DNA of 64,000 nt, from NCBI RefSeq assembly GCF_009914755.1, contig NC_060929.1. One strand, 5' to 3'. Of this stretch, positions 39,806 to 54,310 are shown piece by piece. The notes under the pieces are model-generated. The model did not search any database, had not been told where the DNA came from, and saw only the letters and a program-made list of their open reading frames with translations. Source of the DNA: the human T2T-CHM13v2.0 reference genome, Homo sapiens. Numbering within the stretch: the stretch's first letter is position 1; every line of letters starts with the position of its first letter. The position numbers and the translations under genes are program-made.

Positions 39806-40379
39806 AAAAGCTAAAGCAAGTATAAAGAATTTACTTTCTACAATAATAATTACTATTTATTTGTTCACTTACTCTTTAAATTTTGTCAGGAAAACTTATG
39901 ATGTATTAATTATAACACAAAGAAGAGCATTCAAGTTATGTCTTAAAAATATTATAAAGATAGCTGGAATAAATTACAGAAGACAACTTTTCCAGATATT
40001 TCATTAAATACCTTAAATACTGAGAATCTTGTAAAAAATTACAGTGTGTATTTTCTTTCATTCCAAAGAGATTACATGGAACCCAGATTATTTTATTTGA
40101 CAATCATTGAAATAGAGATGAAATATTTTACTGCATTTTACTATTGATATAATGACATCCTCAAAATTTCTGGATATTTTCATGGTTCATACTGTTTTAC
40201 AAAATTATCTAAAACTGCTCTTCTTTTTATATTTTTCACCATTTTTGAAGTTATTAAGACTTTCCACCTTAGATTCATTTCAACAAAACAACCATGATTG
40301 CGGATTTTTTTTTCTAAAGATTACATGTTTCCCTGATTAAAAGGGGATAGAAAATCATTCTTCCTGTTAGTGACCCTGG

Positions 40380-40890
40380 GCAGCTTGGCTCTCTGGTGGA
40401 TTCTACTCTTTTCCCCTGCTGTAGTTTGAACTGCAAGATCTGATGCTCTGTGATGTGTTCCTCAGTGATAGATCCATGGACAACTCACTGGATGTGGCCC
40501 TGTGAGGCACTAGAGGGAGACTGGGAGGTGGAGAGAAGAATCAAGCCAGCCTTGTCTTCTCTTTACCCACTTCCAATGGCAGTGGCTGTGTGATGGCCTC
40601 AGTTTCCCCAGGGAGGCACCCACGGGTGAGCTACATCACCTCCATCACTTCCTCATGGCACTCACTGGCCTGGTGCAGTGGCTTCCTGCTGACACTGATC
40701 CCTGTGTACTTGCATTCTCTTTTGGCTCTCTGCCCCTCCCTCACCTGTGCAATGGTTTTCCTGCATTATGTTCTCCCTTGTTAGGTAGATACATAGATAC
40801 ATAATATGGAGACATAGGTATAGAGAGATATAGAGGTAGATATAAAGATACTTATATATGTTTTATACGGTTTCTCTTTTCCAGGCATTT
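40380..40890 (+). mobile_element. LTR33-like ERVL LTR with a (TAGATA)-like low-complexity insert at ~40785-40860
   Basis: GAGGCACTAGAGGGAGACTGGGAGG..GTGGCTTCCTGCTG..CCTCACCTGTGCAA..GGTTTCTCTTTTCC. Confidence 0.6.
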
Positions 40891-41547
40891 CCCGCGTAAA
40901 CTCTTAGTCAATGACTCAAGTCATGCTATGAGCAACAATTTCTGTGTTCCACATCATCTACAAGCAACACAATCTGTGACTCTCCATCTGCCCCTAGTTA
41001 TGCTTTGGCCAGTAATCCAATTGCTACCGTCATGCTTTCCTCTTAAAGAGTCCCTGGATATTCCTGCCTAGCTTGAGGGAAGTTACTTCATTAGGGTGAT
41101 TTGGGCACTTGGGGAACCTTTGCCATCTTTATGACTTAAATTTTGACTTACCAAAATAAATAAGACATATAAGGAAAGAACATAAATTTAATAGAAAAAT
41201 TCAACATATTTCCCCGTGGATGTCTTATTTACATTAATTTGGCCTCTCCTTTCTGTCCTACTCACCCCTCCTAAATAGAAAACAAAGTTAATTATTTGAT
41301 TGGCTGTATTAGGGAAAGAATTAGGGCTGAACCTGTTTGTCTTTTGTTCTCTGTTTATTTGGAAATCTGAAATAGCATCTATTCTTGGATTATCTGTATC
41401 ATAAATATTCAAGGTCAGGGAAGGCTGAAATCTTCAGTTCATCAATAACCAGTTGGGTTCAATGCAGGGGTGCTGAGCAGGAAGCCCACTTTTGCAGAGG
41501 AGGGAGCCGTTGTGTGCAAACAGCCTGATTAGTAATAAAGGCAGTGA

Positions 41548-41890
<343 letters not shown>

Positions 41891-42519
41891 ACATTTAACA
41901 CTCTTACTGGTAAATTTAACACACCTAGCCAGAATCTTTGCATCCTTTCCTGGGAATATCATGAGAAGAGACTTCAATTTATGATAATTCTCAAAGGATA
42001 GGTAAATGACACTTTTCGGTCACGTACCTTGAAATCACCTCTCAAAAACATTAATTATAAAAAGAAATGCTCATATGAGGAGAGACAGGTATTATTGTGT
42101 TGCCCTAACCTGTGGCATTTCTGTGAGAAGGTGCAAGGCCAGGTCCCCACACTGTTTAAGCATTCAGAAGACAGCAGATAGCATGCTCCTCCATATCCAT
42201 TCACAGCTCCCAAAAATGCAGTGGTTGGCATCACAGCCTCAAAGCATTCAAAAAAATTTCCAGAAGTTTTGACTTTTCACCCAAATGGTTTTACCATTTT
42301 CATCTTAAAAAGGAAGAGCTGGACCTGGCACCACACCAACCATCATATCGTCCTCTTGAGTTGATCATTGCCCATTGGGGAGTGAGAAGCAGGCTATGAA
42401 AGCAAACAGCTTAGCCGTGGTTACTAGGTAAGTAAGAGCAATTCAGAGCCTTGACTATGATTCTACCTTTTCAGCTATCTAACCCGAAGACATCATACTT
42501 GGAGGAAAACATACATAGC

Positions 42520-42763
42520 AAGGATGTCCAATCTTTTGGCTTCCCTGGGCCACCTTGGAAGAAAAAGAATTGTCTTGGGCCCCACATAAAATACACTAAC
42601 ACTAACAATAGCTGATGAGCTTAAAAGAAAATCACACAAAAAAAGTATGATATATTAAGAAAGTTTATAAATTTGTGTTGGGCTGCATTCAAAGCCATGT
42701 TGAGCCTCATTCAAAGCTGTCCTGGGCCACATGCGGACTGCAGTCCGAGGGTTGGACAAGTTT
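42520..42763 (+). mobile_element. MER30
   Basis: GATGTCCAATCTTTTGGCTTCCCTGGGCCAC..GGGTTGGACAAGTTTG. Small internal duplication of CATTCAAAGC. Confidence 0.9.
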
Positions 42764-43042
42764 GATATATAGTAAAACACATAGCATTACAGAGTTACAG
42801 AACATTCTGACCAACCACTGTGTAAGAAAAATGGATGCCAATTTTTACCCTGTCAACCAGAAGACCCTTCTGTAAGTTTCCAGCAACTCTATCTACAGAA
42901 TAGCATCTCGATCCTGCCATTTTAGATGAGACTGTAAATTTACATACAAGATTCAAAGATATATAATACTCATCAGACACAGTTACACCTGAGGCTCTAA
43001 AAAGGAATCTTGACATTATTTTGTTATTTAAAAGACAACCAT

Positions 43043-43487
43043 TTGTGACAAAATGACCTTCCCCCCCAAAAATTTAATCAGTGGCTAATCTCTGGAGACT
43101 ATATGTACTAGCTTACATGGCAAACAAAGGAGCTTTGTCATGAATAATTTTGACATGGGAAAATGATCCTGGATTATCTGGGTGGGCCCTAAATGCAATC
43201 ACTTGTTATAGACGAGCGGTAATATACACCCAGAAGAGAAGGAGATGGTAGGACCACAGAGAGCAAAGGATGCAGCCACAGACCAAGGAATACCACAGGC
43301 ACCAGAAGCTGGAAGAGCCAAGAAATGGATGTTTCCCCAGAGCCTCTGGAGGGAGCAGGCCCTGCTGACACCCTGAGTTTGGCCTAGTGAAACTGACTTC
43401 AGACTTCTAGCCTTCAGAACAGGGAAACAATACATTTCGGGTTTGTTTATGGCAATTTATCATAGCAGCGACAGGAAATTAACTCAT
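43043..43487 (+). mobile_element. MLT1C/D LTR
   Basis: ATCCTGGATTATCTGGGTGGGCCCTAAATGCAATCAC..CCAGAAGCTGGAAGAG..CCCTGCTGACACC..ATAGCAGCGACAGGAAA. Confidence 0.88.
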
Positions 43488-43789
43488 AAATCACTGGTCC
43501 CCATTTCCTTGCTCAGGTGAAAAATGTCCCTTGGGTTCACTCTCTTTGGACTTTTGGGGCCCATTATGTGCTAGACTGACAACTGCAGGCACAGTCCATT
43601 TTCATTGCACAGGGGGCATTGTCTAAACTTACCGGTTTGACTTGACAAATAATACAAACAAAATAAATTTAGTTTTGACAGACTGAAATGAATTGAATTG
43701 GTTGAAGTGAACATAAAGAACCATATGATTTTTTAAAAAACTACTTCTTATTTTTTAAAGCCCAACACAGTACTGTGGATTATAACATA

Positions 43790-43826
43790 TGTATACATGT
43801 TTGTGGGTATCTATACATGCACATAT

Positions 43827-43875
<49 letters not shown>

Positions 43876-43880
43876 TATAT
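43790..43880. repeat. Compound (CA)n/(TA)n microsatellite
   Basis: Adjacent CA and TA runs. Confidence 0.9.
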
Positions 43881-45959
43881 GAATTTTCAACCAAAATGTG
43901 AAGAAAATTGTAGTTAAAAATGCCATAATTTATCTTTTACTGGTAATTTCTAACTTATCGCTTTAATTTTCTCTGCCTCCCAAACATCCTTACTCAAAAA
44001 TTGGAGAAGAAATTTTTATTTATCCATCTAGCTCCTCTTTATCATCTTAGTCTGTTCAGCTGCAATATCACTACAGCAGGGATAACACTTTTAAATATAA
44101 TCTGCTCTAATCTGCATAATTGTCTAACAGAAAACAGACAGGTGGTGCCTTCTCAATCAGCTTAAGGTCAGTCTCTGAAGCAAACGTCACGAACATATGC
44201 AAATCGTCGGCTAATATGCTAAATCAGAGGATGTGTTTTTATTAAGAATTTCGAATCTGCAAAATGGTTTCTCCTTGTATTATTTTTTCCTGGAAACTTT
44301 CAGGTTTTTTCCTTTGTGCTGTATGTTTAAGCCTGTATGCTAATCTTGACTTAATCCCTATTCATCTTTCCATCATTAAACACGATCCTGTCATTCAGAT
44401 GTTTGAAGGCTTAAGAGTGACTGTTTCTACTCTTTTAACTGCAACAATTTGGCATCCTGTTTCCCATAACTGCCATATCCATGTTTTATGGGATTTTGAA
44501 AAGGTTTCGGGAAGTATTTTGGACACAGGACAGCCTACTGAATGAGACTTGGAAAGTGCCCCAAGCAAAGTGGTAGGGGCCAAGAGAAAGCCCAGAAATG
44601 ATTCATGGTGTGTTCACACCGTGTGGGCTGGCAAGTGCGGGAGACGGCTCTCTGCTAGCAGACTGGAACTAAATTCTTAGACATTCCTGGGTTGCCAAAC
44701 AATGTCATCACAGGGGTTCCTAAAGAAGCTGTGAATTGGATGTCAGTGTCTTTTGGCTGAAAGGAGAGTTTGTGTCAGACCCCAAGAGGTCTCCTTAGAT
44801 ACATTTTTCTAATTGAGGCTCCTTCTCTTCCCCTGACAAAGAAAAGCATTGACACCTGTGTATTCTGCGTGGGGAAGACTTTCAGCTAAGCCAGATTCCA
44901 AGCGGGAGGTTACAGCAGGCTCGGGTGTGGTTTATTCCCTCTGCCAGTTCAATACTTTTACCCCACATTTTCAAAGAAAGCGTGTGTCCTGTCTGGTCCC
45001 TGCACACCCTTCCTCCTCACCCAACACTCTGTGGTCCTACAATTTGACTACTATTCTTGCTGCTAGAGAGGCCAGGCTACACGGCATCCAAAGGGGATCC
45101 CATCGCCACGGCAGACACTTTGGCTACGTCCTGCCCTTCTCTTTCCTTCTCTGACCTTTTATTTCCATGGTGAAAATCCACAGCTCTTTAACACACTCTG
45201 CAGCAGCCCATTTTTAGCTTAAATAAAAGTGAAGAGAGGATTTAGTATTCCAATCCCACTGCATTAGTGTCAAATATGTTTATGCTAGTAAGAGGAAAAT
45301 AAATACATTCTGTCATACAGATGCCATTCAAATCTAATGGGACTCAATTTCATGCTTTCAATACTGAGAGGAAGTACCCAGATTAGCCTCAAATCAAGAG
45401 TGATTCCTGAAACTTCTCTATTTGCCACATGCTAGATTTCCAGTTTTTTTATTGTCTTTATATATATATTTTTTAATAGCAACAACACTAGATACCATTC
45501 TGACATGCTTTCCTCGGGATCCTATTAAATAGAATTGATTATCTGTGGGTATGCATCAACTTATAAAGTAGAAGAAGGCCCAGAATTTTTCAAAGAAGTT
45601 ATGAGAAGTCTTTCGTAACTAAAAATTTTAAACATATCTGACACATATGAATTTAAAAAATAGCCACAGGAGAATTCAGTTTGAATTTACTTGATAATTT
45701 GAAGAAAATCATCACTCATGTTAGATAAAGCATTGTCAAGAGGGTCAAGGGAGGAGCCATACATCCTCTTCTGCTTGATCCTCTCAACAACTGTGGGACA
45801 ATGTTATGTCATCATCCCATTTCGAAGGTGACAACCCTGTACCCTGGCATGGCTTTCCCAACATCCCACAGAGTATAACATAGGGTGAGGACAGGACTGT
45901 AGGGTTTTCCAACTCCAAATCTTCAATCTTTTCTGTGGCACCATTGAAAGCTACAAACT

Positions 45960-46276
<317 letters not shown>

Positions 46277-46422
46277 CTACAAACTATGCCAGTAACCAAG
46301 AAGATGTTTTGTTATCCATATATACACTTATTAAATAAATACTGCAATACTTTCCAGGTATCTGTTGCACGTGACGCCTGTCACCAAGCACCAAAGAAGC
46401 TCTTCCACCACATCTGGTCATG

Positions 46423-46812
46423 TAGCACATGTTCATCAAACACTTACTACCATAGCATTTTGTGTTTCTGGGGCTGGAGTGGGCGTTGGGGAGAAAGAGC
46501 TCTTGTACCTTCAGAGCTCATGCCCTGCTGAGGGGCCAGGGAAGTCATAAAGAAGAAGTTGATTAAATTATGTCAGGAAGCATCAAGTATTATAAAGAAA
46601 AAACAAAAAGCAAAGCGGGATCAGAAGAGTGACAGAGGGCAGGGATCGGGGTGGCCTGATCTGTGTGGGAAAGTGACTGATGGTGAAGACAACACAATTA
46701 GTTTCTGCCCATAGGGACCAAACAGAAACAACAATAGCAACAACAAATCAAACCAACGGGCAAAGCCATCATGAGCTGTGATATGTGATGGGAAGGAAAA
46801 CTGGGAGGCTGG
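46423..46812 (+). repeat. Copy 1 of a ~390-bp dispersed direct repeat (copy 2 at 49532-49922)
   Basis: Shared exact blocks such as TGATTAAATTATGTCAGGAAGCATCAAGTATTA and TTTCTGCCCATAGGGACCAAACAGAAACAACAA. Confidence 0.95.
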
Positions 46813-47470
46813 GAGACAGGATGATGGAGGAAGGGCTGCCCTTACAGAGGGTGGTGTGGGATCCTGTGCTGAGTGGGTGACCTGATTCCTGAGATCTGAC
46901 GATTGAGAAGGAACCAGCTGAGTCCAGTGGAAGGAGGTGCATTCCACCAGAGCCATCATCAATTGCACTGATCTGATGACTGGAACAACCTGGTTCCTCA
47001 AGGACTTAAGAGAAACCAGTGTGGGTGTGGGAGAGGGATGGACAAGGGAGTGAGTGGAGGGTGGCCCAGAATGGAACTGAAGGGATGGGTCTGAGTCCAC
47101 CCTGCAGTCCTGGGGGCAGGGGAGAAGTTCAGGTTTATCTCTAGGCTAATGGGAAGTCATGGGAGTGTTTTAATCCAGGTGGCATTGTGTGGAGCCTGCA
47201 TCGTGGGAAGGAGGGTGGAGCAGGGAGCAGTTAGGCCCCCTGGGAGTATCTGCCATGTCTGCACAATGCTGTCAGGGTGACCTGACCACCGCCACAGGGG
47301 AGGAAAGGGGACTGAATTTGTGGTGTGCTTGGAGATAGAACTGACGGACAGGTCGGAGCATGGATGGAGAGTGAACCAGATTGTCTGGATGAGGGCAAGG
47401 TCTCTCTTAAGGGAAGAGGGAAGATTTCAGAGGGAGGACCTGTTTGGGGACTGGGGAGGAGAGCGATGCA
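46423..47470 (-). mobile_element. L2 relic
   Basis: GA-rich L2-antisense motifs (GAGAAGGAACCAGC, GGCTAATGGGAAGTCATGGGAGTGTTTTAA, GGAGATAGAACTGACGGAC). Confidence 0.65.
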
Positions 47471-47779
47471 TGTTACAAAGGTCAACTTAATTAGGGAAGC
47501 AAGGAATCTCTGACGGAGACAAGTCTTCATCTGGTGAGATTTGGTCAAGACAACTTCAAAGCTCTTTTCAGCGCCCCCATTACCCATGCCAGGCAGTCAC
47601 ATGGCTGTACTCTGGGGCCTCCAGTGACAGCTCTCGCTGCTGGGACCTCCCCATCCTTGGACAGTTCTGCCTCTGATCACACCGGGGCTTCCTGCCCCAG
47701 GACTTGAACCTGACAGATCCATTGAGCCCATCCAGAGATGGATGCAGTGCTGCTTCTCCAAGTGATTCCTCCTAGCACT

Positions 47780-48230
47780 CAGAAGGGGGACTATGTTCCT
47801 TGTTCCATTTCTCTGAACAGCTAAACAGCTGTCATGGCCTCCACCTTTCCTCTCCCAAGCATTCTCTGGCTACTTGTCCTGGCCATGGCTTTTGGATTGT
47901 GCTTTGTTTGTTTAATGCTCTCTGAATGAGGCATCCAGAACTAATGTGGCACCCACGGATGGGGCCAGAGAGACATCAGAGAAAGGCTCCTGCCTCCTTG
48001 ACCTCGGCTGCTGGAGTCTGTTGATTCAGCCCCAGGCGACTCAGCCCTTTGGGCTCCCACATCACACTGATGATTCATTCTGATCCCAGTCAATTAGGCC
48101 CTCTTTTTGAACACATGCCCCTGTAAGCTGGGGCTCTTCAGTTCTGCTTTGGAGGACATGGTTTTGGATCCCAAATCATCTCGGCTACCTTCTGATGAAC
48201 TGTCTGACAGCTGACACTGTAAAGATATTC
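47780..48230 (-). mobile_element. Possible L3/CR1 fragment
   Basis: CATCCAGAACTAATG..CCTCCTTGACCT..TCTGTTGATTCAGCCC resembles the CR1 3' region. Confidence 0.4.
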
Positions 48231-48813
48231 CTGGTTTCACTGGTGACAGGAAGACAACGTAAACTCAGCTATTAGTGTTGGGCCCACAGCCCAAGCTGCA
48301 GCCACAGTCACAGTGTCATCACTGCACCATGCCGGCAAGGATGGGGTGCTTGTCTAGGAGCTTTGTGAGCACAGACAGGATGCTGCGTGCCTTTGTAGAG
48401 CCAGTCTGTGGTGTCAGGCAGGCAGGAAATGTGCTACCCTTGAGTGAAGCAGGATCCCACACATTTGGCTTGGTTGTCTGAGACCAGATTTGGAAAGCAC
48501 TAAATCCTGGCCTAAGAAGCCAGGGCTTTATTCTGCAGGAACTGGAAAATCATTGTAACGAAGGGCTAAAGAAGTATTTGGAAAGGTTAACTGGTGGAAA
48601 GGTTAAGGATGAACTGAAGATAATACGGTTAACTTTTTATGAACCCCCACAAAGAAGTCAATGTAGGGAAAACTTTGAGTTACATTGTGAGTAAAATAAG
48701 AATAATTGTGACATATTTTGGATATAAAGTGAACATATAAAGTCAATCATTCATTCAATACCGTAGCACTTTTGTGTTTTCTCAAAAGAAAACATCCAAT
48801 TCAAGGTGGGTGA

Positions 48814-49129
<316 letters not shown>

Positions 49130-49531
49130 GAGAGTGAGTTTTACACAAAATTATTCTTGCTTAACAGGAGTACCAGCATGGTAAGACACATTTGTGGATG
49201 CACAGAGCCAGCATGATGCGGTCAGAGAGCAAAGTATCACAGCACAGCAACTTCCTACAAGAATCATTTCTGTTGGCTGCTAAATATGTGATGTGTTCAC
49301 ATGGTTCAAAACCTCTCCCTCTCACCTTGGGGTCCATGTACCTAATCCACACCAGGCCCTCTGCCCACGCAGTTTCAGTTTCTTAGGAATCTTTCCAGTA
49401 TTTCCTTATAGCAATCAGGCTCCCTTCTGCCTTTTCCTGCTCTTATTTCTTTGATTCTAAAAAAAAGTGAACAACGAAATAGGACACAGTCTAGAAACTA
49501 ATCCAGAAGCTGAAGTGCACAATGGGCTTCT

Positions 49532-49922
49532 TAGCACATGTTTATCAAAGACTTATTACCACAACATCCAGTGTGCCTTGGGCTGGAGCGGGTGCCGGGG
49601 AGACAGAGCTCTTGTGAGTTCAGAGCTCATGTCCTGCTGAAGGGCCAGGAAAGGCATGAAGAAGAAGCTGATTAAATTATGTCAGGAAGCATCAAGTATT
49701 ACAAAGAAAAAATAAAAAGCAAAGCAGGATCAGAAGAGTGATGGAGGGTGGGGATTGGGGTGGCCTGATCTGTGTGAGAAAGTGACCGACGGGCAAGACG
49801 TCAGAATTGGTTTCTGCCCATAGGGACCAAACAGAAACAACAACAGCAACAACAAATAAAAATTAACGAACAAAGCCATCATGAGCTGTGATAAGTGATC
49901 AGAAGGAAAACCGGGAGGCTGG
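49532..49922 (+). repeat. Copy 2 of the ~390-bp dispersed direct repeat
   Basis: Colinear with 46423-46812 from TAGCACATG to GGGAGGCTGG. Confidence 0.95.
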
Positions 49923-50754
49923 ATGATGCATCAGCTCAGCCATGATGTTGGATCTGTAGCCAGTCACAATGAACTGACCCCCAGGTGCATCCCAGTTTGT
50001 ACTGTGGAATTATTACTCTGTTTTCGACTTAGTGCTAATAGATACTGTGGCTGGTTTATCCAATGGATGGAGTTCACTTTTTCCCTGATAATCCTGTTTT
50101 ACAGTTTCAAGATAAAAGTAAAACAAAAAAGAAACGAACAAAAACAAAAACCCTATGTAGAAAGTGTTGGGGAGAGGCACGTGGTACAGATACCCCAGAC
50201 AGACTTTTCTAGAAACCACCTCTCATCTGTCTTGGGCAACATGAGGGGGTACTTGGATTTCTGGGCTGGTCATCCTCTTGTTGCTATTTCATGGAGGACA
50301 CTGACATTCAGTGCTCCTGGCAAGCTCACTATGCAAATTTATATTATTTTGCCATTATAAAACAAATACACACTGGCATATCAAAGGAAATTTAGAAAAT
50401 AAAGATTTTTAAAGTCCATTGGCATAATAAATTCAGAAAGAGCAGCTATTTTCAAAATAGTATGCCTTATTGTAAGTCAGTACAGAAACAAATTGTTGTA
50501 GCCAAGAGCTCACTGACAGGTGAAAATACTGGAATAACAGAGTAGCAGAATTCTAGAACGGGAAAGTAATTATTAAAAGGAGGAAAGAGCAGAGGCCAGC
50601 TTTCTTTAGCTGCCTGCCATTCGCTTCCTGTGAGGTGGATTGCAGATACATCAGGAAGAGAGAACAGGGTTTCACATTTCCCCTGCTTTTTACTCATAAA
50701 TGTACAGGCTTCACCCAGCCCCGCCCTGGAAGGGAACATGAGGCACAATGTTAA

Positions 50755-51094
<340 letters not shown>

Positions 51095-51979
51095 GGAGAT
51101 GCAATTTTTTAAGAAACCCATATCAGTTAAAGATCTAGATTCTTGGTATAATAATGCAACAACATAGCATGAGAATAAACCGTTGCCCTGGCATGCGGAA
51201 TGATTCAGAAAGCTAGGGAAGCAGCAGCCCAACAGAAGCTTGAGACTCACAGAGGAGGGCATGGGGAGCTCCTGGAGGTGCCATCTGGGCTTGTCAGTGC
51301 CATAGTCAAATTTTCATATCTTCATCATCCCGTGAGCCAGAACCTAGGGGTAGAAAATATGCAGAAGGAAAATATACACAATGCATCAAACCATTGCCTA
51401 TATTATGACTAGATCCAAATTAGCCTTGGGGTATAATGTTTACTTAGTTTACATGCATTATATACTTACTGCAGTAAACAAATTGAAATGTTCATATCAC
51501 TACTGTACAGAAATGAACACAGGTTCCCTTAATTTTGACACTTTTTGCTTGTTATTTTATTAAATCATAAAGAAATGAAATAAGTCACATGTCTGAAACT
51601 CTCGTACCCAGCTCTGGTCACAGGGCCTCCTGTACCTGGGACTAGAGGTGCATTCCATTGTACGAGAATTACTTGATTTTTTCCAGTAGGTTTCCAAAAT
51701 CAGAGTGATTTTTCACTTGAATTATTTCCTTAGAAATGCATCCCCAAGGAAAAGTGCTACACAAGTACATTTTATTACACTTTTGATCATCAATTTACCA
51801 GACCTACTCTTTTATGGAACTGATAATATGAATCTTTCAGTAAAATATGTCTTGCAACACTGGCCCATCATCATCCTCTATATAAAATGAATATACATAT
51901 GAGCCCCAGAAAAGGGGAATCTTGAAGGCCTAGGTTACAATTGCAGCCATGCCATTGATAGAAACCAAAGTCCTAAAAA

Positions 51980-52520
51980 ATTCCTCTAAAGCCATAAATG
52001 AACCAGATATACAAATAACTACATGTGTAAACCTATAAAAATCTTTCTGAAAACAGAAAATATTCGAATAAATTAAGAGTAGATTTGGTACTTAAGACAG
52101 TATGTTAAGTATATTGATTTCTTCACGTAACTATGTAAATTAAAGGAAATCGCAATCAAAATTTCCACCGTTTTTGGAAGTTGAAAATTCAGTCTTCTGG
52201 ATAATTCAGAACTAGGCAGGAACATTCTGAACACAGGGAGAACAGGACCTTGCCACTCAATAATATTATATAAAATAAAGCAGCAGTAACTAAAACCGTT
52301 CATACTAAAGAAGAATTAAAAGATAGACTGATAGAGCAAGGAGCCCAGCTACATACCAAGTACACATGGCAACTTAATATTTAATGAAGACAGAATTTCA
52401 AATGAAGGGAGGAATATATAAATTAGTTAAGGCAATATATAGATTAGTTAAGAAATGGTATTAAAATAACTGCCATCTAGAAAATGACAATGGGTTAACA
52501 TTATTTCTTACATGAAGAAA
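51980..52520 (+). mobile_element. Old L1M ORF2 relic
   Basis: CAATCAAAAT..GGACCTTGCCAC..AAAGCAGCAGTAACTAAAAC..ACATGGCAACTTAATATTTAATGAAG follow L1 ORF2 order. Confidence 0.6.
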
Positions 52521-53666
52521 TATTTTTTAAAATAATTGTGGCCTATGAAATTGTTTTTCTAAACATGAGTGGTTATGTAGATTAGTATATATAACACAGT
52601 AATTATTGTGTTGCAAATTATATGCTGAACAAAGTCAAGAAGCAAATAATTTACTCAGTGAACAAAGTCAAGAAGCAAATAATAATGGGATAAAAAGTAT
52701 TGCAAGGAGGTATTTCAAAATAGCATGTCATTATTTTTGTAATAAAAATTATTTAAATGAAAACCCAGATACACCTATTTATAAAAACATAGTTCCAATA
52801 TCACAACTGCGTTAAAAAAATTCAAAATCCTCTCCCAGAAAAAGTACTAACTAGAGAGATTTTAATGAGAATTAGGTATTTTTTTTAAGAGAACTACAAA
52901 TATTATCTAAAAAATGTAAAACAGATTCAAATATATAGAAAAGTGTAACATGTGTTGGGAGTTAAAATGGATGCCAAAGGACATTGATCTAACTATTTCT
53001 TAGTCTCTGAATAACTTGTGGGGATCCTTTAGAACTAAAAGCCTCGCGTAGATGTCTTGTGTACACTGCAAAATCCAGCACGTGTGTGACATTCACAAAG
53101 ACCTTTTGACATCATCCCAACCACTCACCTAATATGAAACACCAAAGGGAAAATATCCTCAAATAGTTTTTTTTTTTCTGTTTGTGTTTGTGTGTTTTTC
53201 ATGACATAAGTGAAATACAAGGGGATTCAAACTTCCCTTTAAGTATTTAGCTTGGTGCTTGACAAAGCATCCAACTGAGTGGCTAATTAACTAATTAATT
53301 TGAATTAATGTAGTAAGGGAGGTGAAAGAGCAAGATCTGCTGGACTCCTGTAGCTACCATCAGGCAGCTGTGAGCAATCAGAAACACTGGTTTGATAGAA
53401 CTAATTCAAGTGTGTGTGGTTTTCATCTTCTGGTGGAATTCTTTGAGTCTACAATATGGACACAAGGGGCTCAACTGAAGTGAAAATTTTCCAATATGCA
53501 GACGGATTTGTAATTAACGTAGAGAATTAGCCAACTGTCTCTTGTGGGCATGGTCTTATTTCATGGCCAATCCTATTCCATAAAGGAATCTGACACTTTT
53601 CTAACCACAGGGGATTGGAGACAGAGCTTTCATCTTGTGTTTGTATATCACCTCCTTTCTCCTTCA

Positions 53667-53882
53667 TTATAGGGGGTTGAATTGTGTCACCCTAAAAAGA
53701 CGTGTTCAAGTCCAAATCCCCAGTACCTGTGAATGTGCTCTTATTTGGACACAGGGATTTTGAAAACTTAATCAAGTTAAGATGAGGCAATGCTGGATTA
53801 AAGTGGGCCCTAAATGCAATGACTCTTTTCCTTATAAAGTGAGAAGTGTCACAGAGACACACAGAGGGAAGAAGGCCACCTG
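53667..53882 (+). mobile_element. MLT1B/C LTR, 5' half
   Basis: GGGTTGAATTGTGTC..CCCCAGTACCTGTGAATGTG..AAGTTAAGATGAGG..GTGGGCCCTAAAT. Confidence 0.82.
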
Positions 53883-54194
53883 TTTATTCACATTTTCAAC
53901 TTTATGCCATCTATTCCATCCCGTTATTTGGAAGTCAAGACAACCCTCTTAGCTTTCTTCCTCAGTGCCGTCTCCTGAAACCCAACATGGAGAACCACAC
54001 AGTTTAGGTACAGGATGGAAGATCCAGACCCCAGACAAGATCGTTGCCTCTCCCCGCACTGTTTACTCTATGGCTACAAATGATCGCCTCTGAGAATGTC
54101 TGGATCTAAATGAGTGAGATATTTGTTGTTGTTTGTTTAGAAAGCCTTGTATAGCTTGATTGAGGGTATTGGTGCAGGAAAGTCTTTCTAGCCC

Positions 54195-54310
54195 CATTGT
54201 GAAATCTCTGTGCCTCCTTCAGTTTCCTCATTTGTAAATTAAGACCATTTTACCCCTGTCGTGGGGTTGGTACATCACCACACTCACGCGGCTTACAATG
54301 AGCGCATACA
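54195..54310 (+). mobile_element. MIR fragment
   Basis: TCTCTGTGCCTC..CAGTTTCCTCATTTGTAAA matches the MIR core. Confidence 0.6.
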
